From contig CAWBZV010000005.1 of assembly GCA_963793305.1 (NCBI GenBank), positions 928,001-992,000 on the forward strand: DNA of 64,000 nucleotides, given 5' to 3'. This document shows, piece by piece, positions 1-9,912 of this stretch. Under the pieces are notes generated by a model. It saw only the letters and a list, made by a program, of their open reading frames with translations. It searched no databases and was not told the origin of the DNA. Position 1 is the first letter of the stretch. Every line of letters starts with the position of its first letter. The translations under genes were made by a program, and so were the position numbers. This stretch comes from an uncultured Gemmatimonadales bacterium. Its GTDB lineage: Bacteria > Gemmatimonadota > Gemmatimonadetes > Gemmatimonadales > Gemmatimonadaceae.

Positions 1-215
1 CCGAGTTTTCCTTCGGCCCCACGCCTGAAGATGTCGACGAACTCGTCACCGTTCTCGATCGATAGGAACGGGTTATGCAACGTCACCTTCGGAATCCACG
101 GAATCGCGCCGCGCACAACATCTTCGATACTGGGCTGCGTCGCGGCGGTCATCGCAATCGTATCGCCGTCGCAGCTCAAGCCGGCGGTGAGCCAGAGAAT
201 CGAGATCTCATTCAT
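1..215 (-). CDS. hhyS: [NiFe]-hydrogenase small subunit, group 1h-like (5' part; runs off window start)
   Basis: Not in the ORF track. Manual translation from ATG 215 gives MNEISILWLTAGLSCDGDTIAMTAATQPSIEDVVRGAIPWIPKVTLHNPFL, matching the WxxAGLxCDGD...TAATQPSIE N-terminus of group 1h small subunits. Alternative in-frame ATG at 257. Confidence 0.8.
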   Translation of the reverse strand, partial: MNEISILWLTAGLSCDGDTIAMTAATQPSIEDVVRGAIPWIPKVTLHNPFLSIENGDEFVDIFRRGAEGKL

Positions 216-324
216 GTCACACGCGCGCTCGTGGGCCTGGTTGGCGGTGATCGGCATCGTCGGTTACGTCGTCGCTCGCGCGTTGCCCGACGTTGCTCGT
301 TATCTACGCATACGCCGTATGTAG
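214..324 (+). CDS. small single-TM protein, DUF6893-like
   Basis: MSHARSWAWLAVIGIVGYVVARALPDVARYLRIRRM: hydrophobic helix plus C-terminal LPDxxRYLxIRxM motif seen in small proteins of group 1h hydrogenase loci. Confidence 0.6.
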   Translation: MSHARSWAWLAVIGIVGYVVARALPDVARYLRIRRM

Positions 325-360
325 GACGTTACAGCCCTGGAGAACGCTGGCGGTTCTCTC

Positions 361-514
361 GATGGTTCTGAGTGGCGCTTCGCGCCGCTCGCTTTGCTCG
401 CCAAACGCAAACGCTGGAAGCAGCGAAGCGATCAACGCCGAAGTGACTAGTACCCGTAGCGGTCAACGCCGGAAGCGAAGCGACGGCGGGCGCGAAGCGC
501 CACTCAGAACCATC
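361..514. repeat. intergenic long inverted-repeat element (REP-doublet/MITE-like)
   Basis: 26-bp perfect inverted arms GATGGTTCTGAGTGGCGCTTCGCGCC (361-386) and its reverse complement (489-514). Confidence 0.85.
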
Positions 515-753
515 TATTTGTTGATCGCGCCTTTCACTTTGGCCTCGAGATCAGCAAGCTCCGCGTGAAACTTGCTGAGCCCGGCATGACTCGCAGCGCC
601 GACCTGCTGCATGACCGCATTCGCCTTAGCCCTCAACTCGGCGAGCTTCTGCGTGCTCGCCGTCTGAGCCTTCGCGCCCGCCGCCGCAAGCTCGCCCTTG
701 ACCTTCGTCATCTCCGCGTTGAGCGCGTCCAACCGCTGGTCCATCGAATCCAC
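514..753 (-). CDS. hypothetical coiled-coil protein
   Basis: 79-aa Ala/Lys-rich heptad pattern; GGAGG upstream of GTG start. Confidence 0.7.
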   Translation of the reverse strand: MDSMDQRLDALNAEMTKVKGELAAAGAKAQTASTQKLAELRAKANAVMQQVGAASHAGLSKFHAELADLEAKVKGAINK

Positions 754-783
754 GCCGCCTCCCAGTTTTTTGGATGCGGATGG

Positions 784-849
784 CTAGCGCCGGACTGATG
801 CAATTGTCAAGGCGATAGTAGTACCGATGAGCCCGGCGAGCAATGTCAT
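784..849 (-). CDS. possible 21-aa hydrophobic peptide
   Basis: MTLLAGLIGTTIALTIASVRR; start overlaps the upstream stop as ATGA (846-849). Confidence 0.3.
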   Translation of the reverse strand: MTLLAGLIGTTIALTIASVRR

Positions 850-1476
850 CGCCGCCCCGCCTTCGTGCCCGTCTCGAGCTTGTTCCGCACCTCTCTCACA
901 ACGCCGCTCGCCAGACGGCCCTCGTGCTCGGCCATGAACCCTCGCACGGCCTCGGGATCGCGCTTCGCCAAATCTCGCAGCGCCCACGAGAGTGCCTTCC
1001 AGACCATTGGCTCGCCGTCAGCCGCGCTCATCCGGCAGACGCGCAGTGTGCGCGACGCCGTCTGACCGAGCGTGCTGACGAGCGCCGCGCGCCGCCACCA
1101 CACGTTCTTCGACATCGTCCACGCCCTAACCTGCGAATCCGAGATCCCCCCAGTCCGCCACGCGGGCCCCGCGAGAAGCTTCCCAAAGCAGTCGGCGTCG
1201 AACCAACTCGGTGAGATGCACGCCAAGCCGTATCACCGTGCGGTAGCTCAGGGAACCCATCGCGCCAGCGTGGTACGCGCAGAGCTCATAGCCGACGAGA
1301 CGCAACGCAGTGTCGTCGCTTTCGACCAAGGGCCACACGATCCCGAGCACCGCCGTGGCCGGCGCGTCGGCGAGCGTCCGCGAGAACGCCCGTCGCACCG
1401 TACGAACGCTCCGCGTATCTCGACGCGGGAGCGCCCGTACGGCGCGGCGTATCTCAGTGACAACTGTTCGTGACAA
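846..1476 (-). CDS. DNA alkylation repair protein (AlkD-like HEAT repeat), frameshift near 1208
   Basis: Joined ORFs 1126-1476 and 846-1226; motifs SWFDADCFG, WWRRAALVS, MVWKALSWALR, REVRNKL. Confidence 0.75.
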
Positions 1477-2288
1477 TCCGACGGGCGGTGAGGTCGAGCG
1501 TGCACGCGAGGAGCTGCGTCCCCCGCATGGCGTCGAAGACGCCGAGCGGGATCTGCGTTTGCCCGTTGAACGTCACGACAATGTGCCGCGAGACGGTCGC
1601 GACCTTGTGAACGCCATGCGTCGTGTGCGTGACCGTCAGCGTGACCCATCGCGCGAGCGTCCCTGAATGTCGGCGCGGTGACGCCATTCCGCGGATTCGG
1701 GAACGTCACGTCAGAAGCCGTGTCATACGCCACACCGCTGTACGTCCGGTCCAGCCCCGGCGTCTGGTGCGTGGCGGTATCCGCATCGAGCCCCGTCGCA
1801 TTCCACACGTGCGACGTCGCCGATGCCAGGGTCGGACTGCCGGTGACATCGAGCCCCCAGTTGCGCGTGGCATGGGCGACGAACCGCGGGTCGTTATCGG
1901 CCTCCACGAGCGACGCCGTAAACGCGATCGAGTCCGTCGACGCGACCACGAACATGTTCTGGCACACGCCGCCGGCGAAGTATTCCCAGGTCGCGGCGTA
2001 CGCAACGGTATCGGGATGCGACTCGGACTGCGAGAACGTGATCGCGCCGCTGTTCGAGTGCATCGTACACGGAGTCGTCGATGGCACGACGCTGGCCAAT
2101 GTGCTGCCGGCGGCTTCCGCCTGGGCGAAGAATGCCGCACCCGTCGCCACCGCGGGCGCGGAGCTCGCCGCGATATCGGTGCTCATCTGCTGATCCGACA
2201 GCGCGTCGCCCGGTGCGGTCGAATTGCCGTTGCACGCCCCCAACGCCAAGATCGCGGTGAGGGTCATTGAGACTCGCGAGGTGTGCAT
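1454..2288 (-). CDS. hypothetical lipoprotein, frameshift near 1666
   Basis: Lipobox LALGA-C after hydrophobic N-terminus; C-terminus continues in ORF 1454-1687; AGGAGG RBS, TAATG coupling to upstream gene. Confidence 0.7.
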
Positions 2289-3280
2289 TAGTCCTCCTGG
2301 ATGAGTCGAGTGCACCAAGCATCGAGCTCGGCGTGCTCGGTCTGTGCGCCGGCCCGCTCGAACAGCTCGAGCGCGGCCCGCGCGTGCTGCTTGGCCTCCG
2401 CCACGGCCCCGCGCGCCGCCGCCAACTGCGCGCGCGCGCGAAACGTCTCGGCCTCGAGCAGCGGGTTCGCATGCCGCGCCGCGAAACCGGATGCGCGCTC
2501 GAGCGCGGCCGCCGCATCGGCGAACGCACCCGCCGCGATGCAGGCCAAGCCCAACACGCGGAGCCCGTCCGCGGTCCCCGCCGGATCACCGAGCCCGAGA
2601 CACTCGGTCGCGCCACGCAGCGCCGCGACTCGCGCGACCGCGTGGTCGCCGCGGCGCAGCGCCAGCTCGGCCCGGCCGATCCGGGCCAGCGCCGCCAGGC
2701 GCGCCGCCGGCACGGCGCGCGCGAACTCGATCGCGCGCTGCTCGCACTCGTCCGCCAGATCCAACTCGCCCAAGTCCCGATAGCTGATGGCCATGTTATG
2801 GTAGCTCTCGGCCAACCCCCGGACGTTCCCCAATCGCTGATACGCCGGAACGGCGAGCTTGTACATGACGAGCGCATCGACGCGACGACCGCGGACGTTG
2901 GCGATCTGCCCGAGGTTATTGATGGCGCGCGCGACGAGGAGCGGATCGTCCTCCTGCTCCCCGAGCTCCACAGCGCGCCGGAACGCGAGCTCGGCGCCAT
3001 CGAGCTGCCCGAGCTCGAACTGCGCGGCGCCCCACAAATTCATCGCCCGTCGCCGACTCACCCAATCACCACTCCGTTCGACATCGGGCAGCGTCCGCCG
3101 CAACCACGCCTCCGCCTCGCGCGCGCGCGCGGAACGGAGCAGCGCCTCGCCGACGAGCGCCACTTGCTCCGGCTCGGGTGCCCCGTCGGCAAGATTGCCC
3201 AACAGGTGCAGCACCTCGCCCCATCGCCCGGCGCGAGCGTGCTCGCGCGCGGAGACGAGTCCCTCAGTAAGCAGTGGCAT
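2288..3280 (-). CDS. tetratricopeptide repeat protein
   Basis: Repeated helical units (AINNLGQIA, SYHNMAISY, LRVLGLA); ATG at 3280 within ORF 2288-3463. Confidence 0.8.
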   Translation of the reverse strand: MPLLTEGLVSAREHARAGRWGEVLHLLGNLADGAPEPEQVALVGEALLRSARAREAEAWLRRTLPDVERSGDWVSRRRAMNLWGAAQFELGQLDGAELAFRRAVELGEQEDDPLLVARAINNLGQIANVRGRRVDALVMYKLAVPAYQRLGNVRGLAESYHNMAISYRDLGELDLADECEQRAIEFARAVPAARLAALARIGRAELALRRGDHAVARVAALRGATECLGLGDPAGTADGLRVLGLACIAAGAFADAAAALERASGFAARHANPLLEAETFRARAQLAAARGAVAEAKQHARAALELFERAGAQTEHAELDAWCTRLIQED

Positions 3281-3806
3281 AGACGGTAAAGCCGTCGACA
3301 CGCCCCGTGACGTTCTGCAAATCCTGCCGCGTGTTGCTCGAGACCTTATGCCACGGCTCGCCGGGGTTCTCCTGCTTCCACAGCGACAGACTCGACTCGT
3401 TGGTTGGCGAGACGCTGTGCTTGGCGTGCGCGTATGACATCGTGAGCTCTGCCGGGTGACCATTGACGAAGGTGAGGCCGGCCGGCTGGAACCCGACGAT
3501 GAGGCGCGTCGAATCGGCGATCGCCACGGTAATGAGGACCGAGTCGCCCGTCGTCATGGACAAGGCGTTCGCGGGGACATTGAACGTCATGAACGGCACG
3601 GAGTCCTGGTAGTAAATGACCACGCCGCGGTCCTGGCCCGCGACAGCGTAGAACTGCACGGTGTCAACCAGAAACCCCGGCGCGCCCGAATCGGGCGTGA
3701 GAAAATGCAATGCCGATTCCGGCGCCACGGGGTCAGGAGCGAGCGTGGTCCCACATCCGGCAATCGCCAACGCGGCAGCGATCGTCAGTACCGGCCTATG
3801 CTTCAT
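3264..3806 (-). CDS. hypothetical lipoprotein
   Basis: Lipobox AIAG-C, beta-rich mature domain. Confidence 0.75.
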   Translation of the reverse strand: MKHRPVLTIAAALAIAGCGTTLAPDPVAPESALHFLTPDSGAPGFLVDTVQFYAVAGQDRGVVIYYQDSVPFMTFNVPANALSMTTGDSVLITVAIADSTRLIVGFQPAGLTFVNGHPAELTMSYAHAKHSVSPTNESSLSLWKQENPGEPWHKVSSNTRQDLQNVTGRVDGFTVYATAY

Positions 3807-5181
3807 CAGTTATCTCATCCGGCTCATCGAGCAGGCGTTTGAGTCGAGTACGTGAAATGCCGAGTTGCCGCGCGGCTTCACTCTTGTTGCCGCGACACCG
3901 TTCGACCGCCGAATGCACGGCGGCCCGGATCGTCGCGTCGAGTGGCTGCAGTCCCATCCCCGTGCCGGCGCCGGGTACACTGGCGGCGGTCGGCTCGGGA
4001 TCGGTAATGAAATCCGCGGGCTCCAACGTCGTAGCATTGGAGAGGAGCAGCGTCCGCTCGATGATGTTGCGCAACTCTCGCACGTTTCCAGGCCAATCCC
4101 GTGCGGTCAACGCAACCTGAGCACTCCTGCCAAGTACCGGCTCAGGCAGGCCGTACTCGACCGCGAACTTGGCGATAAAATGTCTCGCCAAAGGTACGAT
4201 GTCCTCTCGACGTGCTCTCAGCGAAGGGAGCGTAATGGGCACAACGTTGAGCCGAAAATAGAGATCTTCCCGAAAGGCACTGCGCCGCACAGCGTCAGCC
4301 AGGTCAACATGCGAAGCGGCAATAACGCGCACGTCGACCGGAATGGGCCGAGTTCCCCCAACGCGCCGTAGGACGCGCTCCTCGAGAACCCGGAGCAGCT
4401 TCCCTTGGAGCGGCCCGGCCAGATGCCCGATCTCATCGAGCAACAGCGTGCCACCGTGCGCCAACTCGAACAGGCCGGCCTTCGCGTTCGTCGCGCCGGT
4501 GAACGCCCCACGCTCGTGCCCGAACAACTCGCTCTCCAGCAACTGATCGGGAATCGCCGCGCAGTTGACGTCAACAAACGGTGCTGCCTGTCGCGGCCCT
4601 TGATAGTGAATGGCGCGCGCGACGAGCTCCTTGCCCGTCCCGGTCTCGCCATTCAAGAGCACCGTGACGGAAGGGTGGGGGATCACGCGCGCCGCGCGCT
4701 CCAGCGCCGCGTTGAGCGCCGCGCTCGTCCCGATGATGCCATCAAACCGATATTTCTCGCGCTCGACGTCCGTGAACGTTGCCCGCGCGGCCGCGGTCCG
4801 CATGGTATCGAACCGCTCCCTGAGCCACGACGCGAGCACGTCGCGATCGCCCGGCAACGCAAAGTATTCAGAGGCGCCCGCTCGCCCGATCGTTCCCGCG
4901 AGCCGGTGGTCCGCCCGTGCTCCGACGGCGCCGACCTCCATGCCGCTGCCCACGAGGCGCCGCACGAGCGGCTCGAGCTGCTCTTCTTCGCCGGGCGCCA
5001 CCACAAGCGCTATCGCGTCGGACCGCGGCGCGACGTCGCCGGGATCCGCCGTCATCGTGAGCATGACGTCGCACTCGGTGGCGAGGTGCGGCCACAGCGT
5101 GCGGAACGACTCGCCGTTCTGAATGACGACGAGACGTGGTCGAAGCTCTGTTGCCGTGGCCAAGCGGGCCGTGCCGCTCAA
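3796..5181 (-). CDS. sigma-54-dependent transcriptional activator (degenerate N-terminal domain, AAA+, Fis-HTH)
   Basis: GETGTGKE Walker [44 protein letters not shown]. Confidence 0.93.
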   Translation of the reverse strand: MSGTARLATATELRPRLVVIQNGESFRTLWPHLATECDVMLTMTADPGDVAPRSDAIALVVAPGEEEQLEPLVRRLVGSGMEVGAVGARADHRLAGTIGRAGASEYFALPGDRDVLASWLRERFDTMRTAAARATFTDVEREKYRFDGIIGTSAALNAALERAARVIPHPSVTVLLNGETGTGKELVARAIHYQGPRQAAPFVDVNCAAIPDQLLESELFGHERGAFTGATNAKAGLFELAHGGTLLLDEIGHLAGPLQGKLLRVLEERVLRRVGGTRPIPVDVRVIAASHVDLADAVRRSAFREDLYFRLNVVPITLPSLRARREDIVPLARHFIAKFAVEYGLPEPVLGRSAQVALTARDWPGNVRELRNIIERTLLLSNATTLEPADFITDPEPTAASVPGAGTGMGLQPLDATIRAAVHSAVERCRGNKSEAARQLGISRTRLKRLLDEPDEITDEA

Positions 5182-5293
5182 TTTCTCATAAGCTTGGGCG
5201 CCACCATAAGTATTCCTATGAAAGGCAGGGTCCGCGCCGGGCTCGTCAATGCCAACCTGGAGATAACTTACGCTCCCGTAAGTATTTGGCCAT

Positions 5294-5309
5294 TGTGATC
5301 TAGATCACA
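5294..5309. promoter_or_regulatory. perfect CRP-family box
   Basis: TGTGATCTAGATCACA = TGTGA-N6-TCACA, fully palindromic, in the divergent intergenic region. Confidence 0.7.
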
Positions 5310-5389
5310 GTCAACGCGACTGGTTCGAATCGATGCACGTCTGTATCGATTCGGGCCGCCGTTGCGCGATGGGTCCATTTCCGGCAACC

Positions 5390-5920
5390 ATGCTTCTCGT
5401 GCATCCCGACATTGATTCCGACGCCCTGTTCGCTCTCTTCTATAATGAGCTTCACCAGCTGGCCGAGGCGAGCCTGCGTCGAGCTGGCGCGGCGCTCACG
5501 CTCGGCGCCACGACGCTGATCCACGAGGCGTATCTGAACATTGCGGGACGCCAGAACGTCGCGTTCGTGGACCGCGCCCGGTTTCTCGCTTACGCGTCGC
5601 GCGCCATGCGTGGTCTCACGATCGACTACGCGCGACGCCGGCGCGCGGCGAAGCGCGGTGGTGGCCTCCTGATCACGCTCGACGACGAGTCGCCCTCCGC
5701 CGAAACCATTCACGCCAGTGGAGAGCTCGAACGCTTGGGCGATGCGCTCAACGACCTCGCCAAGCTCGAGCCGGCGTTGGCCGACCTGGTCGACATGCAT
5801 TTTTTCGCCGGTTTCTCGTTCGCCGAGATCGCCGAGTTGCGCGGCGTCTCCGATCGCACGGTGCAGCGCGACTGGCGAAAAGCGCGGCTATTGTTGCATC
5901 ACGCGCTGCTGGAGAGCTGA
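5390..5920 (+). CDS. ECF-type sigma factor (kinase-associated, TIGR02999-like)
   Basis: YNELHQLA, TTLIHEAYL, RRRAAKRGG, EIAELRGVSDRTVQRDWRKAR; start could also be 5333 or 5369. Confidence 0.9.
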   Translation: MLLVHPDIDSDALFALFYNELHQLAEASLRRAGAALTLGATTLIHEAYLNIAGRQNVAFVDRARFLAYASRAMRGLTIDYARRRRAAKRGGGLLITLDDESPSAETIHASGELERLGDALNDLAKLEPALADLVDMHFFAGFSFAEIAELRGVSDRTVQRDWRKARLLLHHALLES

Positions 5921-8489
5921 CGCCTGTTTCGTGAGCGGGTGCTGCTCGCCCGCTCCGGCTTTGAGCGCCGTCACCGCGCGCGCGATCGCCGTGCGCGCCG
6001 CGGCCGTATCGCCACGGGCCAGCAGCGCGCGCGCCTCGACGAGACGTGCCTCACCGACGAACGCGCTCCCCGTCTCCGTGAGCGAATCCCGCGTCGCGAG
6101 GGCGCGTGCGTCCGCGGCATACCGGAGCGCGTCTGCCGTCTGCCCGGCGTCGACCGCCAGCTCGCCGGCGAAGATGAGCGACGAGTAAAAAATGTACCGC
6201 CGCTTGCCGTCGAAGTACCCGACCGTGCGCAGTACGTCGGTGACGTGCTGCTGCGCATCTGCGCGATGGCCGGTCAGGAACGCGAGACGACCATCGAGCA
6301 AGCGATAGTCGGTGATGTAATCGTCCGTCTTCGCCAGATCAGGGTTCGCGCTCAACGGAAGGAATCGCGCCATCGTGCGCCGCGCCGCGGTGACATCGCC
6401 GCGGCGGAGCTGCGCTTCGGCCAACCCGAAGAGCGACCGCCCCAGCCAGTACCGATCGGTGTCGGCGGTCGCCTGCGCGGCGAGCATCCCGAAGTACTTG
6501 CCGGCGGAGTCGAAGTCGCCCTGGTCCATCGCGATGTCGGCGTAATGAATCAACGGCTGCGCTGGCAAGCGCCCCGTGGGGTCGCTCTGTCGCGCGCGAA
6601 CCAGCACGTCGTGGAACGCGCGCTCCGCCTCCGCCGTCTCGCCCAGTTGCATGAGAGTGATCGCCATATCGTGCTCGTTGATCGCGGCATCCATGGTCGT
6701 GCCGCGACCCGACGAATCCAGGACTGCGCTGGCCCGATGATACGCGGCGATCGCCTCGCGGTACTGGTGCTTCTGGTCCAGCGCGCCGCCGAGCGTCTCG
6801 AGGAGCTCCAAGTAGAACGCGTCGGAGGTTTTGCCCAGGCTGTCACGGATCTGAATCGCTCGGCGGACGTCGTCGGCGCTCTCCTCCGGATGCCCGCGCG
6901 AATCTTCGAGCAGGAGTTGCGCGCGCGTCGCGAGACAGAATGCGTGGGCTTCCGGGTCCGGCCGCGCCCGGAGCAGTGACTCGGCCACGGCCGCGGTGCG
7001 CAAGGCATTGTCGTAGGATCCGCGAGTTCGCAAATGGTCCGCCTGGCGGCACCGAATCCCGGCCAGTTGGTCGACCGTGGCGAGCGACTCCGCGCGGGTG
7101 AGGAGGGCGACGCGGATCTTGTCGTCGCCCAGATCCCCGTATCGGTCCGAGAGCTGCATGAGGAGCGCGGCCAGGATGCGCGGGTCGCCGGCGTATTGCC
7201 GTTCGAGGACCGCGCGCGCGCGGTCGACGATCTCGCGCATCGTGAGCGGCGTGTCGCCCAGTTGCGACATGAGCAGTTGCTGGAACTCGACCTGCGCGTC
7301 GGCGCGCGTGCTGGCGAACACCGCGGCGTCGCGTTGCCGTTTGGCGTTCTGCATCTGCGCAATCGAGAACACGGTCGCGGCGACGAGCGCCAGGGCCGTT
7401 GCGCCCGCGGCCGCGACCGCGGTGCGATTCCGCCGAACGAACTTTCGCGCGCGATAGGAGAGCGAGCTCCGCCTGGCGCTGATCGGCTCTTGATGGAGAT
7501 AATGCCGCAAGTCGTCGGCGAACGCCGCCGCCGTCTGATACCGCTCGTGCGGATCCTTCCGCAGGGCTTTGTCGACGATCGTGCCCACGTCGCCGAGCGG
7601 CAATGGAGTCGGCTGACGCTCGTGGAGCGCGCGAAGCGTATCGATCGGCGTCTCACACCCTTCGGCGGTCGGGTGTCGGCCGGACAGCAGCTCATAGAGC
7701 AGCACGCCCACCGCGTAGACGTTGGTCGCGGTCGTCACCACATCACCGGTCGCCTGCTCCGGTGCGGCGTACTCCGGTGTCAGGACGCGCGAGCCCTCGA
7801 TCGTCACGCCTTTGGCATTGAGCAGCTTGGCGATGCCGAAGTCGAGGAGCTTCACCGTCCCGTCGGCGGTCACCAAGATGTTCGACGGCTTGAGGTCGCG
7901 ATGGACAATGAGGTTCGCGTGCGCATGGCCGATGGCCCCGAGCACTTGGAGCACGAGCTCCAGGCGCTGGGCCATCGTCAGATGGTGGGCGGTGGCGTAC
8001 TTATCGATGGGCTGACCGTCGACATACTCCAGGACGAGATACGGCTGCCCGGCCGGACTCACGCCGGCGTCCAGCAACCGCGCGATACCCGGGTGCGTCA
8101 GCCGCGCCAGGACGGAGCCTTCGCGCCGGAAGCGCGCCTGCCCGCCGGGACTGAGTCTCGCGAGATTTAAGAGCTTGACCGCGGCCAGTCCCTCGAATCG
8201 TCCATCGGTCCGGCGCGCGAGCCATACGGTGCCCATTCCACCGTGTCCGAGCTCGTGGGCGAGCGTGTAGGAGCCGAGGACGAGGCCCTCGAGCGTGACG
8301 TTCGAGTGGCTCGGAGAGGAATCCGCTCCGGTCGGCGTCTGCCTCGCCCGACAGGAACGATGCGATTTCGTCCGCGAGACCTGGCGACGATTGCCGGAGG
8401 TCGCTGAGCCACGTGTCGCGCTCCTCGTCCGAGAGATCGAGGACCCGGTCGAGCAATGGCTCCAGCGCGCGCCAGCGGTCGTGATCCAT
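5888..8489 (-). CDS. Ser/Thr protein kinase with TM segment and TPR-like C-terminus, frameshift near 8300
   Basis: LGHGGMGTV, AAVK, HRDLKPSN, DFGIAK, TPEYAAPEQ; N-terminus MDHDRWRALEPLLDRVLD lies in ORF 8001-8489. Confidence 0.9.
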
Positions 8490-8557
8490 GACGCCACGAT
8501 AAGACGTGTCGGGTTTCGCGGCTAGCCCGCGATTGCATGGGTAGCCCAGGAGCCCAC

Positions 8558-9912
8558 ATGCGGATCGCCGTGGTGTTGGTTTTCGTTCTCGCTGCTTGTT
8601 CAGATAGCGTCACGACCACCAGTCCTCGTTCTCTCGTTCACGCGCAGCGTGACGCGGTCGACCGGTCGACACTCGTCAGTACCGTTCGATCGCTCGCTGC
8701 CGGCCGCGGCGTCGTGCCCCTGCCGCAGGCGCCGCATGTCCGCCCGGCGCTGGCGCGTTTAGGCCGCGCACTCGCTTTCGACAAGATCTTGAGCGGCAAC
8801 CGGGACATTTCCTGCATGACCTGTCATCTCGTCGCAACTCGCGACAGGCGATGGCCGCAGCTTACCCATTGGCACAGGCGGCCTTGGCTTGGGTCCCGCA
8901 CGCGCGCTCGCCGGGGGGAGCATCATCCCGCGCAACGCGCCGCCTCTATTCAACCTCCACGCGATGCCGGCGCTCTTCTTCGACGGCCGCGTGTCGGTCG
9001 ATGCCGGTGGCCAGTTCCACACGCCGGCGGGCGCACAGCTCACGCCGGAGATGACGCGGGTGTTCGAGTTCGGCGCGCTTTCCGCTCAGCCGCTCTTCCC
9101 GGTGGTCAACACGGCCGAGATGCGCGGTACAACCGGCAATCACCTCGCGGCGCTTCCCGACACGGACTTCCAGGGCATTCTGGAGTGCCGCGATGCAGCG
9201 TCTGGGCCGCATCCCGCGCTATCGTGAGATGTTCGAAGCGGCGTACCCCGGCACGCGCTTCGATGACATGACGTTCGCTTACGCGACGAACGCGATCGCG
9301 GGCTTCATCATCGCGAACTTCACGTTCGATCGCTCGCCGTGGGATCGGTTCCTCGGCGGCGACGACGATGCGCTCACGACCGATCAGCTCCTCGGCGCGC
9401 AAGATTTCTTGACGCTCAAGTGCTCGATCTGCCACAACGGATCGACGTTCAGCGATTTGCAATTCCATGACGTGGCGCTCGCCCAATTCGGTCCGGGCGA
9501 GGGTGTCGCGCCGAATCCGCGCGATGACTTTGGGCGCATGAACGCGACCGGCAATCCCGCGGACATTTATCGCTTCCGCACCTCGCCGTTGCGCAACATT
9601 GAGCTGACGGGGCCGTACGGCCACGCGGGCCAGTTCAAGGAGCTGCGCGCGTTCGTTGCGCACTACAGCCAGTCAGACATTGCGCTGCGCAACTACGACC
9701 CGAGCCAGATCGACCCGATTCTCTACGGTACGCTGCTCAACAATGTCGACGCCGTGCTCGCCGCGCGCGACACGCTGCTGCAGGGCGTTGTGATTCCGGA
9801 TACCGTCGTTGACCGGCTGACGACGTACATGTCCGCCCTGACGGATCCGCGCGCGCGCGACCTCCGGCCCGTTACACCGGCGCGCGTGCCGAGCGGGTTG
9901 CCCGTCGACTAA
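8558..9912 (+). CDS. di-heme cytochrome c peroxidase family (bCcP/MauG superfamily) lipoprotein, frameshifts near 8831 and 9180
   Basis: LGRALAFDKILSGNRDISCMTCH, RNAPPLFN, CSICH, FRTSPLRN, PYGH; lipobox LAAC; AGGAG RBS. Confidence 0.88.

Noticed and set aside
31..371. Tracked plus-strand ORFs 31-324 (full length) and 75-371
   Set aside because: The 5' portions are antisense to the hydrogenase subunit; only 214-324 looks coding.
8523..8537. Sigma54 promoter upstream of the peroxidase (TAGCCCGCGATTGCA)
   Set aside because: The invariant -24 GG reads AG.
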